A DNA stretch of 63,732 bases, counting the filler, from Octopus bimaculoides (taxonomy: Eukaryota), in NCBI RefSeq assembly GCF_001194135.2. It is 4 parts of 4 records of this genome, joined end to end, with 100 filler letters (N's around TTAATTAATTAA, not from the genome) between each part and the next. Parts side by side here need not be neighbours in the genome. Positions count along the whole stretch, not along the records: positions 32,474 to 46,703 come from NC_068994.1; positions 46,804 to 63,732 come from NC_068993.1; 2 more parts are not named here. One strand, 5' to 3'. Shown piece after piece: positions 40,509-52,239 of this stretch (within the stretch, counting starts at the first letter, position 1; the number at the start of each line of letters is the position of its first letter). The translations under genes were made by a program, and so were the position numbers. The notes beneath the pieces are model-generated. The model made no database searches. It was not told the DNA's origin and worked only from the letters and a program-made list of their open reading frames with translations.

Positions 40509-40916
40509 CTAAAAAGAAAAACAATAGCAATAATAACAGTCTGGATGTGGCATTCAGAAACAAGTAATGTTACAAAAGAAAAAAAAGAAAAAACATGGAA
40601 AAGAAAGAGGGTGTGGAGTAGTGGCACAGAAGCACTGAATCTTGTACAAAATCCAGCTAATCATGGCATCCAACACAGAAAAGTAAACCAACAATTAATA
40701 TATATATATATATGTATATAGATATGTGTGTGTGTATGTAGAGATAGATAGATTTGTGTAGGTGTGTATATAAATGTGTGTATTAAAGATTTGTGCGTGT
40801 GCATGTGTAATATTCTTGCTCATTTCAGTACTGACTGGTGGTAACAGTTAATGAATTTCTCTCTCTCTCTCTCTCTCAGTATGAATTGCAAAATATGATA
40901 GTTCATATCTAATGTG

Positions 40917-40967
<51 letters not shown>

Positions 40968-41386
40968 ATGCCTTCTTGTGCTCGTATGATGATGATGATG
41001 ATGATGATGATGACTATGTGAATATAATCAATATCGATTGGTAAAGAGATTCAGAAGAATTTTTAGGTGTGGAGTGTGTGTAGTAGGATGTTGTTTGCGC
41101 GTGGTGGTGGAGGTGGTGGTAGTGGTGGTGGCAGGGGGACACAGATGGGAGGTGAGATAATTGAATTAATCATTGCTAATGGATGGTATAGGCTGCATTA
41201 AAAACAATTGAGGTTGTGGAGCGGGTGGGTGGGGGTGAGATAATAATAATAAGCAAAGATGAAAACAAAACAAATAAAATTTTTTAAACTTTTTTTTTTA
41301 TTTATTATTAATTAAATAAAAGAATTGTGAAAAAATCTTGAATTAAAATGAAATAATAGTAAATGTATACCCATATACATACCCAT

Positions 41387-41430
<44 letters not shown>

Positions 41431-41990
41431 ACATATATGCACAAGCATTCATATGTATACACACACAAACACATGTATGCACATAGATACATATTGATTT
41501 GGTATGTTGTAACCATCATGATTATAAATGCACAAACATGCATACAACCATTCAGGAATACACATACCCTAACCTTTGCCTTTATTAGTGTAATTCATAT
41601 AGTATTCCAACACACACACACACACACACACACTTGCTCCTTCCACTAATATCACCATTACAAATATATACGCACATACAAATGGTATTATTGCCCATCA
41701 CCATTAATTGTGTGCTCATCCATACACACAAAACCATACTTAAATCCTTCTCATTACAAATGTATGTGTACATATATGTATAACCCGCCTTATTTCATGT
41801 ATGTATGTATGTATGTATATGTGTGTGCAGTGTGTGTGTGTGTGTGTCTATATTTCGACATGTATGCTTACACCTACATATACCCATACACATTTTACAT
41901 CATCCATCAACAGTACAGATGGACTGGGAGTGGGGCACATTATATGTCTATCACTATTACATCAACAACAACAACAAAAATACAACTCAC

Positions 41991-42063
41991 CGTTGTTGAT
42001 TTTTAAAATTGTGACAAGGACGGAAAACAAATAAACAAGGATAGATTTTTGATATTGTACCAT
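41991..42063 (-). CDS. Candidate signal-peptide exon: MVQYQKSILVYLFSVLVTILKINN
   Basis: ATG, a basic residue and a 13-aa hydrophobic core, then a strong phase-1 donor G|GTGAGT at 41990. Confidence 0.35.
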
Positions 42064-42608
42064 GAAACTTAAATCTAGTTTTAATCCCATGGTTAACCAT
42101 TTATATATGTTAGTGTATATATATATATATATATCCAATTTCCTTAACTACTAGCAAATACACTGAGGCAGTCAATGAAGAAATAAGTTTGCTGTTTTAT
42201 TTATTTTTATTTTATTTATTTTTCTTCTATTTCTATTTACCAACCTATCAAAGCAGTAAAACTAATAGAGAGTTGAGTTAAATTTAATTTGGCAACCAAA
42301 TTATAACTATTATTAGGTTCAGTGGAGCAACAAACATAATATGATACAGTATTGAGTTAGTTAACTCCCTTTGTATTTTGGCGTTTTCTTCCTACCTGCA
42401 TAAATTTACCCTCCATCTAGCCAGGCATCAATAAAGTAAGATGCAGTCAAGTACTGGAGCCAATGTATTCGACTGTCCATTGCACCCACCATCTCCTCAA
42501 AAATGGTGGTTTTGTTGTTAACCTGGAGATTATACTGGATTAGTGGTGTGTAAGAGTGACAACATCCTCAGGAAAACTCTGGGTGCTAGATAAAATCAAC
42601 TGGATAAT

Positions 42609-42795
42609 CTTTTCCGGAGGACTTTTGGACTAGGACCCATGCATAATTTCCAGAAATTCCTGGCCTGACAGTACTACTGGGGAGATTTACCATTTTGGGA
42701 TAAACTCTACAGGTATGGTAGTACCATCAGTCAATACCTGCCTGAGAAACGAGCAGAGTACCCAAACCATCCTACATGCATTGATCACTTATGGA
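42609..42795 (+). mobile_element. Degenerate L1/Tx1-like LINE fragment (zinc-binding zf-RVT region)
   Basis: LFRRTFGLGPMHNFQKFLA*QYYWGDLPFWDKLYRYGS, then a frameshift, then TCLRNEQSTQTILHAL. Contains a stop and a frameshift. Confidence 0.65.
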
Positions 42796-43672
42796 AGTAT
42801 GTTGAACTGTTTCTATCACATGTAGGATGAATCCAGCTATTGTCCCCATTGGGAAGATCACTCCACTGCCTTCATTTCGGCAGTTTTCTTGAATTCAAAT
42901 CCTGTCATAATAACAACACCTCTCCCTTTCATCATTTGGGTTGTAGTATATTTATTGACTTTGAAAAGGGCTTTGTTTTCTTCTTTCTTTCTTTCTTTCT
43001 AAATTTTAGGTGTGTGAAAGAACTCTTTACTAGGCCTCCAAGAGTGTCACACTACTCCTGCTGTTCTTCAACTGTTATAATTGCAATTTCGTCAGTGACA
43101 TATGCATTACATCCTTGATCATGTTCTGCAGATGAATGTTTGTCTCCCTGAGGGTGGTTTTGCAATTCTTAGTCTTTCACATGCTTTAATCTCAGTAAGA
43201 TGAAATAAACTGTTTCATGTGAATGAGTTTGTTTTTAGCCATATGCACAGATATCAAATTGATGAACAATGAGTGATGAATAACTGGGCCTGCAAATCCC
43301 TTTATAATCCCTTTATAAATTCATGTAGCTATGTAATAATGTTGATTTCCTATTTTGAATATGATGTTTTCATTCTGTTTCACCAATAAAACTCTAGAAG
43401 AGGATGAAAGAGGCATGTTTAAAATTAGGATCGGATATAATGGAAAATATATAAATCTAATTTGTTTTCTCTGATTTAACAAAATAAATAAGTAAATTCT
43501 TCAAATATATAAATCATAAACTGCCTCTTTTTCCTGTTTTTCTTCATTTTTCATTTTTATGTGACAATTGTCTTTGGAATTCAATAATTTCTGTATTGAA
43601 GATTCGGATTTTGCAGAAGCATAAAGACAAAAAGAAAAAAAAGAAAAAATACAAGAATTACCCTCGTCACTT

Positions 43673-43860
43673 TTACTGACAACATAGATAACGCTTCATT
43701 GCTTCTATCAGATATATGAAGAGATTTTTAAAAATTCCTGGAACAAAGCTTATCAAAAACTTAAACAACCACTTCACAGATAAACAGTTTTGACAACAGG
43801 CATCATTTTTGCCAGAAAATTTGCTGCCATAGATAGTGACTGTTATTGCAACTCCTAAAG
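43673..43860 (-). CDS. Candidate exon of a membrane protein: (T)LGVAITVTIYGSKFSGKNDACCQNCLSVKWLFKFLISFVPGIFKNLFIYLIEAMKRYLCCQ*
   Basis: Pyrimidine-rich acceptor CTCCTCTGGTAG; 60-codon open frame with two hydrophobic segments. Ends either at TAA 43673 or at a CA|GTAAAA donor at 43676. Confidence 0.45.
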
Positions 43861-44769
43861 CTACCAGAGGAGAAAGTGATAAAAATGTAAATAACCAACC
43901 AACCATTATTACCATCACTGTCTTCCCTCTCTCTCTCTTTCTCTATGAATCTATATTTTTCTCTCTCACTATATCTCTCTCTTATACTTTTACTCTTTCT
44001 CTTTGTCTCTGCTTGCCTGTCTCTTTGTGAAACTCTTTCTTTCTCTTTATCTCTCCAATACAGTTTGTGGCTGTATTTGGTGCTGGTGCCACACAAAGAG
44101 CACTGGTACCATTTAAAAAGCATGGTGCCATGCAGAAAGCACCCAGTACACTCTGAACAGTGTTTGGCATTATGAAGGGCATCCAGCCATAGAAAGCATG
44201 TCAAACAGACAATGAAGTCTGATGGGGCAGGTGTGGGGGAGGCTTGCTAGCTCCTGTCAAACCATCCAACCTATGTCAGTAAGACATTAAATGGCAATGA
44301 AGATGATGATGATGATGATATGAAGTATCAGTCAGGTGATGGGTGTAAATATTGAAATCTACTCCTTCCTTTATAATTCACAACTGCATGCCTGTGTTAG
44401 AAATCTATATTAGGGAACGTAGTGAAGCGACAATCCATTTGGCATTGATAAAATAAATATCAAATATCTGACTTTAAGTAGTTAAGTTGTGCTATGTAGA
44501 TTATGTAATCTGTGCTGGCAGTCTTAATGACTAGAATAAGAATCTGGTGGTAGTGGAAATTTAGGAAAAAAAATTTTTTGTTTTGTTGACAGCAGCAACA
44601 AAGGATTTCTCTCACCTTAAATCAGACAGACAGACTATCTGTGGTATGTGTAAGAAGTAATGTTACAAGGCACCGAAACATGAGCAATGATATGAGGAAA
44701 ATGTACAGCAATTTGAAAGGAATGTGTTTGGGTTTAGTTTGTTTGTCTTTCGGATGTTCAAATACTTAC

Positions 44770-44817
44770 TTATTAGGAATAGGCAAAATTTTGCAGACAC
44801 AAGAGAAGAAAGTGGCT
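44770..44817 (-). CDS. Candidate 48-nt internal exon: xPLSSLVSAKFCLFLI(T)
   Basis: (CT)n-CACAG acceptor and a perfect GTAAGT donor at 44769-64; phase 1 to 1. Joins in frame to the 43860 exon. Confidence 0.45.
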
Positions 44818-45175
44818 CTGTGTGTGAGAGAGAGAGAAAGCAAAAGGGATAGCTGTACTGATGTGGACTTCTAATGAGTTGTAAAGAGGTAAAGGAAAGA
44901 ATTTGCAGATGAAGTTTTGAAAGTGTTGGTTTTTAGTCCCCAGTTGGCCCTAAACGAGCTGACATATAATCTAAGGTATTCCAGCCATAATCATTCCATC
45001 TTTTTTTTTATTAAGGTTAATTAGGTCTAGATTATCAAATATCTTCTTTCTTTATTTAACCTTTAGGAGACAACAGGGCTGATCTATCAGCCAAGAAGTC
45101 CAATAACAGAGAAGACTGTATTATTTTGTTTAATTTCCTACGGGAATATATATATATAGTTGTATATATGTAAAG

Positions 45176-45340
45176 TACTGTATTTTAATGTGTATAAGGA
45201 ACCCCTTAATTTTGGGGGCTTAAAATTTGGAAAAAAGGTTCTGTAAGGGATTATAATACTATCTATGTGTAAGAAACTCCCATATTTTTTAACCTAATTT
45301 TTGACAAAAAAGGATTCCTTATACACATTAAAATATGGTA
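45176..45340. mobile_element. Tc1/mariner-pogo-type MITE
   Basis: About 30-bp terminal inverted repeats (TIRs) TACYRTATTTTAATGTGTATAAGGAAYCC with TA at both ends. Confidence 0.7.
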
Positions 45341-46331
45341 GTTACTTTATTTTTATTATTTTTTTTTTTTTCTAGATAAGTGCATGCCCTCTGTAGTGCT
45401 TGTGTAAAGGGCTCGGCCTTCTAGTCACTGAAACTCCAAATACAGCTCTGTCTCCAATGCATTTTTTGTTGACAGTATATTGTGATTTGAGAGATATTTA
45501 GGTGCCATTTCTAGCAGATCAAGCAACATTGTAGCTTTTGTCATTTTGTGAAAGCTCAGCCATTTGAATAACAGAGTTCATTTGACAAGCCTCTGCACAG
45601 TCTCTGTCTGTCAGCCACTTTGACTCAAAAGCATAGATTGATCCAAGGCTATGACAGGAAACACATGTCGATGACACTCCACCGAGTTGCCTGACCCAGG
45701 ACTTCATGATTACCAAACAGACTCCTAAACGATCTAGTCATGCCTGCATGCATATATAGACATATATAGAGACTGTGCATGCGTAAATTAACCTAGATGC
45801 AACTCATTCTTTCTCTTTTTATATACGAAATGAAAATATGCTTCGCTGTATGCATAATACATTCCGTCTGTGAATATTAATTTATGTTTGTTTAGGTTTA
45901 GCATTTTTCTTGTTAAACAAAGACATTAGATCGAGGCAATGGACATTTTTGGTTCTATAAAACAAAGCGTTAGTTGCCATTCTTTTCGTAAAAATATATG
46001 TATGTGTAATATATATTTATGTATATAAATGCATGTAATATATATTTGTATATATGTGTGTGTGTGCGTATACGTGCATGTGTGTGTATACATATGTGCG
46101 TGTGTGTATTTATATATATATATATATATAGATAGATAGATGTGTTTAATACAGGGTTATGTAAGTGTAAATAATGCATGTGTGTGTCTGTGTGTGTGTG
46201 TGGTGTTCAAAGAGTAGAAAAAAGTTCAATAAATACATTTAAAAATCTGATTGCTAATTTCACTGTATTTTAATTTCCTTTTCCATTTTAACATCTTCCA
46301 AGTAACATCACCGACACCACTACCATTACGT

Positions 46332-46371
<40 letters not shown>

Positions 46372-46381
46372 CATCTCTCTA

Positions 46382-46416
<35 letters not shown>

Positions 46417-46703
46417 ACTCTCTACATCTCTCTCTCTCTCTTGTTCACTTGCATGCAGGTCCAAATGTGCATCATAATATAACACAGTCGATAAAACAAC
46501 TCATGTCAGAATGACTGGCCAAGATATGCAATAAAGACCAGAAGAAAGAGAGAAAGGGGAAAAAAAAAAAAAACTGACCGAGATAACTTGCGCGATATGC
46601 AATCAATATTCACCTCACACCCTACCCTTTGCTAGTGATTATTATTACCATTATTACTGTTATTTTTATTTATTTGTTAATTTTTTTTTTGTATTTATTT
46701 CTT

Positions 46704-46803
46704 NNNNNNNNNNNNNNNNNNNNNNNNNNNNNNNNNNNNNNNNNNNNTTAATTAATTAANNNNNNNNNNNNNNNNNNNNNNNNNNNNNNNNNNNNNNNNN
46801 NNN
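46704..46803. other. Artificial scaffold spacer: 44N-TTAATTAATTAA-44N
   Basis: Identical layout to 13555-13654. Confidence 0.95.
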
Positions 46804-46984
46804 TAAAATAAAAATATAAACAGTGACAAGCAAACAAGAAAAACAAATAGCAAATTTGCTATTTAATTCTTTAAAATATAAGAATATTTTCTAGTATTCC
46901 AAGCTTAAGAATTAATTGTCGATTTTTATTGAATAGAATATAATAGGAAGTTTTAACAATAAAAATGGTTTGTCTGTTCTTGTT

Positions 46985-47101
46985 TCAAACAGTATCCATA
47001 GGAGTGGAGGGAGGATGGTGGTGATGTTGCTGGTGATTGTGGTTGGCGGAGGAGGGAATTTTGGTTAATAAGCAGAAGGAGGAGAGTTCAGTTCTCTGAG
47101 G
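46985..47101 (-). CDS. Candidate terminal exon: PQRTELSSFCLLTKIPSSANHNHQQHHHHPPSTPMDTV*
   Basis: TATTTTAG acceptor, 38 codons, TGA, then AATAAA at 46930-46925. Confidence 0.3.
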   Translation of the reverse strand, partial: PQRTELSSFCLLTKIPSSANHNHQQHHHHPPSTPMDTV

Positions 47102-48097
47102 CTAAAATAGTGGAATATTGATTTCTTGGAATTAAGCACCAGCAGCATAAAAATAATAAAAACAACAAAGAAAAAATCAAATGAAAATATTAAATATCTT
47201 GAAATTAACGAAGAAGAATGAAGAATGAAACTGCAAAATATTCTTGTTTGTCTATAGAGCTTATATTAGTTTCACATTTTGACACAAGGCCTGTAATTTC
47301 TGGAGTGGGGGTACTGGTGCTCAACTGATACTTATTTCATTGATCCCAAAAGGATGAATGGTAAAGTTGACCTCAGCAGGATTTGAACTCAGGACATAAA
47401 GAGGGAGAAAATGCTGCTAAGCATTTTGCCTGTCATGCTAATGATTCTGCCAAGTGGCTGCTTTATATATAAAGCTTGAATTAATGGTGTTGCATTGAGA
47501 GGACTTTGCTTTAGTTGTGGTCATTGCTGTTTAGGTTAGTCCACATTATATCTGTTAGAAGCCTACGGTCGATTTCCTGGTTGCTCAGGTGAATGCATCC
47601 CAGCTTGGACGGGATGCCAATCTGTCACATGATTTCCTCATTTACATGACACCAGCACCTGTAAGCCCTCAAGAGAAAAACCTCTCATCTGAGAGAGGAA
47701 CATTGAGGACATGTCTGTATGCATGGATGGCCAGTTTTACTTAGCTTGATGTGTCATTTCATGCACAGCGAACCATCAGAAGTCTCAGTCCTTTATCATC
47801 TCCTTTATGAGGCCGAATGCCATCTATGTATCATACATTTAGTATAATACAGGGATGGCAAGCACTGGTGACCCTGCTGGTGGGAGTGCCATGAATAAAA
47901 GCACAGAGGACACTCTGTAAAGTGTATGGCATTAGGAAGTTTATCCAGCCATAGAAAACATGTCATATCAGGTAACTGAGGTTGGTATAGCCCTCCAGTT
48001 TGCCAGCATGGAAAGCAAATGTTAAATGATGATGATGATTTCTATTCTATTTATTATGATTATTTAAGTGTTTTATTTTGTTTTGTTTTTTTTACAG

Positions 48098-48315
48098 GAA
48101 GTATCACAGTGTTCAAGTTTAACAAAGTCGTGGAAGTAAAGGACATCACATCAGAACATTATTGCCACCCCTATATTTTCTTTTATACCTTTTGGTACCT
48201 CATAGTCTTGTATGGAATTGTGGGTAGTATACTAGTCATAGGTATATGTGGCATTTGCATAAAAAACACATATACTTATGCCATAGCAACAACATCTGTT
48301 ACTGAAGTGGTTTAA
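48098..48315 (+). CDS. Terminal exon of a TMEM272-like membrane protein: (G)SITVFKFNKVVEVKDITSEHYCHPYIFFYTFWYLIVLYGIVGSILVIGICGICIKNTYTYAIATTSVTEVV*
   Basis: Strong acceptor (TTTTGTTTTTTTTACAG), phase 1, TAA at 48313-15. YC-x5-F-x2-FW followed by a TM helix and Cys residues resembles the TMEM272 family C-terminus (from memory). No upstream exons were found on + in segment D. Confidence 0.6.
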
Positions 48316-49652
48316 TCTGCTAATCCACAAGATATATCAATTCTTAACACATCTACAAGGTGTCTCGTTTTAGGGGCAGATTACAGTGATTTAAGATTAA
48401 CCCCAGCTACCTAATAGGTGCTTAAGTTTTCACAGTGAAAGCACTTGGCTTTGTGGTTAGAGTACTTGGCTCACATTCATAAGGTCATGAGTTCAATTCC
48501 CAGCAACGTGTCATGTCCTTGAGCAAGACACTTCATTTCATGGTACTCCAGTCCACTCAGCTGACAAAAAGGAGTTATACCTGTCACTCAAAGGATGAAA
48601 CCTTGTTACATCCTCAGGGTCATACTGAATCTCCTGAGAATTACTTGAAGGGTATGTGTGTCCATGGAGTACTCAGCCACTTGCTTGCTAATTTCTTGAG
48701 CAGGCTGTTCAGATTAACTGGAACACTTGTCATCATAGCCAGCAGAACAAAAAGCAGATTTTATCAAAACACATTATGTCCCAAGCTTGAGCAATTTTGC
48801 CAATCCACTGCCCTTGTTCATTTTGTTAAATCAAAATGTCTGTTGTGGATGATCTGTTGGATTATCATCTTATGAGGGTTTTAGCTTCAAATTTGCTTCA
48901 GACATTTGTGTATTTGGGCAAGAGTACATTGGATTCTTTTTTTTTTTTTTTTTTTTTTGTAATGGCTTCCTTAAAGCACAGAAGTAAGCACAGAAGTAAG
49001 CATTTGTGATCTGTTTTTAGAGTGAAAGGCTAATTCTACCTCATAAAAAACAACCAAAAGCAGTGACTTGGCAGTCATTAGAATGTTGGACAGAATGCCT
49101 TGCAGAGTTTATTCTGAATCTATGTGCTCTGAGTTCAAATCCTACTGAGTCCAACTTTGCTTTACCTCTTTTCAGGAGTTGAGGAAAAAGCACCAATCCA
49201 GAGGATTGTATTAGAAGACATATTAATTAGACAGTAGAGTGAGATACTCCGCAGCATCTGCTCAAATTCTTTTGCATTTTGGCAGCAATACCTTTTGCTA
49301 AGCTGTATGAGCCCAAGTTCGTGGCCATTTGCTTTGATAAACACCTGAGGTGTGGAATGAGGAGACTTGCATGCATGGCCAAATGCCAGTCTTCTGCAAA
49401 ACAATCTTAGCCAGATTTGTATATACACAGGCAGGTGTACGGTCAACACTGACAAACATAGAAGCTAAAAGAATAGAAATGGTCTCTCCAACAGGCTTCC
49501 ACACAGTTTCTATCTATCAAATTTTATTTACAAGACTTTGTTAACCTATGACTGTGCTTGAAGACACCTTTTCAAAAGTGTCACACAGTGGCATCAGATC
49601 TGAGAATATAGAGTTGCAAAATAAACTAGGTTATGCAACAATAATGGCACTC

Positions 49653-49895
49653 CAGCCATGTCTGGACCCCTAAATTATACAGCTACTCTTGTGCCGTTTA
49701 ACTATAAAGTCATGCCTGTGTGATTAAACCACAGTCATTATGCTTCTTACCCATACAATTATGCCTGTACCCATAAACCACATGGCTGTACTTGTATCTT
49801 TAAATCTTATAACCTTGCCTGTGGCCCCTTAACTACAGAGCCTCTGCCCCTAAATCACACATGGTCATGACTGTAACACAAAACCACACAGCTTT
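49653..49895 (+). repeat. Degenerate minisatellite, about 27-bp unit, about 9 copies
   Basis: Recurring CAGYCATGCCTGTxCCCxTAAAxYA frame. Confidence 0.6.
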
Positions 49896-49937
49896 TACAT
49901 CAGTTCAGTTATCAGGTGTGAGGAATTCCATTTGGTA

Positions 49938-50159
49938 GTATAAGTTTCAAATGTTGGCACAAGACCAGCAATTTTTAGGGGAGGTGTAAGCCAATTACAT
50001 GAACCCCAGTTTTCAACTGGTACCTATTTTATTGACCCCCACAAAAAGATGAAAGGCAAACTCGACCTCAGCAGAATTTGAACTCAGACCATAAAGATGG
50101 ATGAAATGCCACAAAGAATTTTGCCTGGTATGCTAACAATTCTGCCAGCTCATCACTTT
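49938..50159 (-). mobile_element. SINE family B with a 13-bp target-site duplication
   Basis: Flanked by ATTCCATTTGGTA at 49925-37 and 50160-72. Confidence 0.85.
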
Positions 50160-50188
50160 ATTCCATTTGGTAATATTACCTGAGACTG

Positions 50189-50406
50189 CACACCAGGTAA
50201 AACGTTTACATTCTCAGTTCAAATTCTGCTGAGGTCAACTTTATGTTCTAGGTTCAAATTCCACCAAAGTCAACTTTGCCTTTCATCTTTTCAGGATTGG
50301 TAAAGTAAGTGCCAGTTGAGCACTAGGGTCAATGCAATCGACTTACCCACACCTTGTGAAATTGCTAGCCCTTTCTCTAAATCTGGAACCAAATTTGAAA
50401 CCAATG
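50189..50406 (+). mobile_element. SINE family B with a 13-bp target-site duplication
   Basis: Flanked by TTACCTGAGACTG at 50176-88 and 50407-19. Confidence 0.8.
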
Positions 50407-50559
50407 TTACCTGAGACTGACTGGTACCTGATCTATGGAAAGCTTTTGTTTGTTACCTGTCTAATTCTACAGGGTAGCTGAGCCAGGCCTGTGCATTTAA
50501 ATTCATTTAAGGCATTTACACACTCACTCACCTCCCCAGTCAGACATTCATTCATTCAG

Positions 50560-50905
50560 AGGGAAGTGCTGCCCTCCAGCAATTTATTGAAAGTTAGATG
50601 AGAGTGGCAAGGATGGTCTGAGTGATTGGACCTGCTCTGAGCATGCATCTATAGACTGAGGGGTGAGAATGAAGAGAGGCCACTTGCTTTAGTGGTCAAG
50701 GTTTCCATGAGCAGCCTTTGGAAGTCTCCCCACTTTGGGGGAATCATTCTTTACTAAAATTTTCTTGTTACCTCATTTTTTACTGCTGTAAATTTGTGTA
50801 AATGTATGAATTCCTTTCTGTGGTTTTTTCCCTGCTTTTCTATCGATGTCTTTTGTAATTTTTTATATAGGCCCTAGGGCCAATAAAGAAATGGCTATTA
50901 TTTAT
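50560..50905 (+). mobile_element. L1/Tx1-like LINE 3' end
   Basis: Decayed ORF end ...VIGPALSMHL*, a T-rich UTR and terminus GGCCAATAAAGAAAT. The same terminus (TGTGGCCAATAAAACGAATT plus (ATT)n) occurs at 32598-32640. Confidence 0.6.
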
Positions 50906-51229
50906 TTTGTAAAATATTCAAGACAGTCAATAAAATATTTTTGTTATCAAGAATGCTTTCATTGTTAATATATATGAATATTTTTAATATTTCCACAAAG
51001 CTCTACAATATTCGTAAAAGAAAGGTGTAGTCAATAATGTCAACCTTAACATATTACTGGTACCTGCTACTTATTTTATCAACCAGAGGTGGAAAGGAAA
51101 GTTAACTACAACAGGATTCTGGCACAGAACACAGAGATTTAAATACACACTAGAAAAATCTGATTCTACCATTTTGGCTACCCAACTGCATTTATTCTAC
51201 TGCAACTATCAAATACCATTAGTATTTAA

Positions 51230-51612
51230 GTTGGCAGTAAGGCGATGGGCTGACAGAACCGATAGCATGCAAGGCAAAATAATTCACAACATTTTATCTA
51301 TATTCATGTTCTGCATTCAAATTCCCATTTCTTTATTTATTTATTCTGCATTCAAATTCCACCGAGGTTGACTTTGCTATTTAAGTCAGCAGTAAAGCAG
51401 CAAGCTGACAGAATTGTTAGCAAGCCAAAGTAAAATGCTTGGCGGAATTTCGTCCGTCTTTATGTTCAGTGCTCAAACTTCACTAAGGTTGACTTTGTTT
51501 TTCATCCTTTGGGGGTCGATAAAATAAATACCAGTTGAGCACCGAGGTCGATGTAATCAACTTTCCGCCTTCCTCAAAATTGCTGGCCTTGTGCTGAAAT
51601 TTGAGACCAATA
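51230..51612 (+). mobile_element. Two SINE family B copies
   Basis: GCTGxCAGAAxxGxTAGCA head and CAAATTCC..GGTTGACTTTG repeated. Confidence 0.75.
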
Positions 51613-51915
51613 TTTCTTTTGATTATAAAAACACGTGTATGTAAAAATTGATTTCAAGGAAACTGGTACTAATGTGCTATTTGGCACCAGGGAAACCGTT
51701 ATCGAACAAGCAGGCTTATTCCAGAGCTTTGACCATCCCATCATTTTTAGGAAGAAGTATAATTACACTATCCTTTGTATCCTATTCTTACATATGTGTG
51801 TGTGTGTGTAAGATAAGGCATAAATAAGGAACTTTACCTAGTCCTTTATTCGTGCAATTATGACATTACAGCTGTTTCTGGTAAGCCCTATAGGTGCGTT
51901 CATAGTTCTGCTTAC

Positions 51916-51935
51916 TCGATCGGTCCATTGAGCGA
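51916..51935 (-). other. Candidate 20-nt exon (alternative acceptor gives 51916-51954)
   Basis: TTTTTTTCAG acceptor and GTAAGC donor; contains ATG GAC CGA TCG. Confidence 0.3.
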
Positions 51936-52201
51936 CTGAAAAAAATTGGACGACCTTAAAAAAAATATTGCTATCTTGGTCAGAGTTTGTGTTTCGAATG
52001 AGAAATTAGACGGAAACAAGGCCAATATAATACAAGTATGGGAAGGGGACGAAGAGAGAGGAGAAAAAGAAGATAAATGGAAGAAAAGAAAAAGAAAAGA
52101 AAACAAAAGGAAATAGAAAGGAGAGACACAAGAAGGAAGGTGAAAGTAGAGAGAGAGAGAGAGAAAGAGGTGAAATCCAGAAATCCTTTCTCAGACCTTA
52201 C

Positions 52202-52239
52202 CTAAGATTACGTGTTGTTCTTTTATCATTTGAAAACAT
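52202..52239 (-). other. Candidate first or 5' exon end (MFSNDKRTTRNL)
   Basis: AG|GTAAGG donor at 52201; ATG at 52239. Confidence 0.25.

Noticed and set aside
45067-45117. Apparent + exon ETTGLIYQPRSPITEKT
   Set aside because: Weak donor, and the acceptor lies within what looks like a repeat fragment.
49285-49340. Possible minus-strand exon (VFIKANGHELGLIQLSKR or CLSKQMATNLGSYSLAK)
   Set aside because: All three frames are open and none is recognisable, so the frame cannot be chosen.
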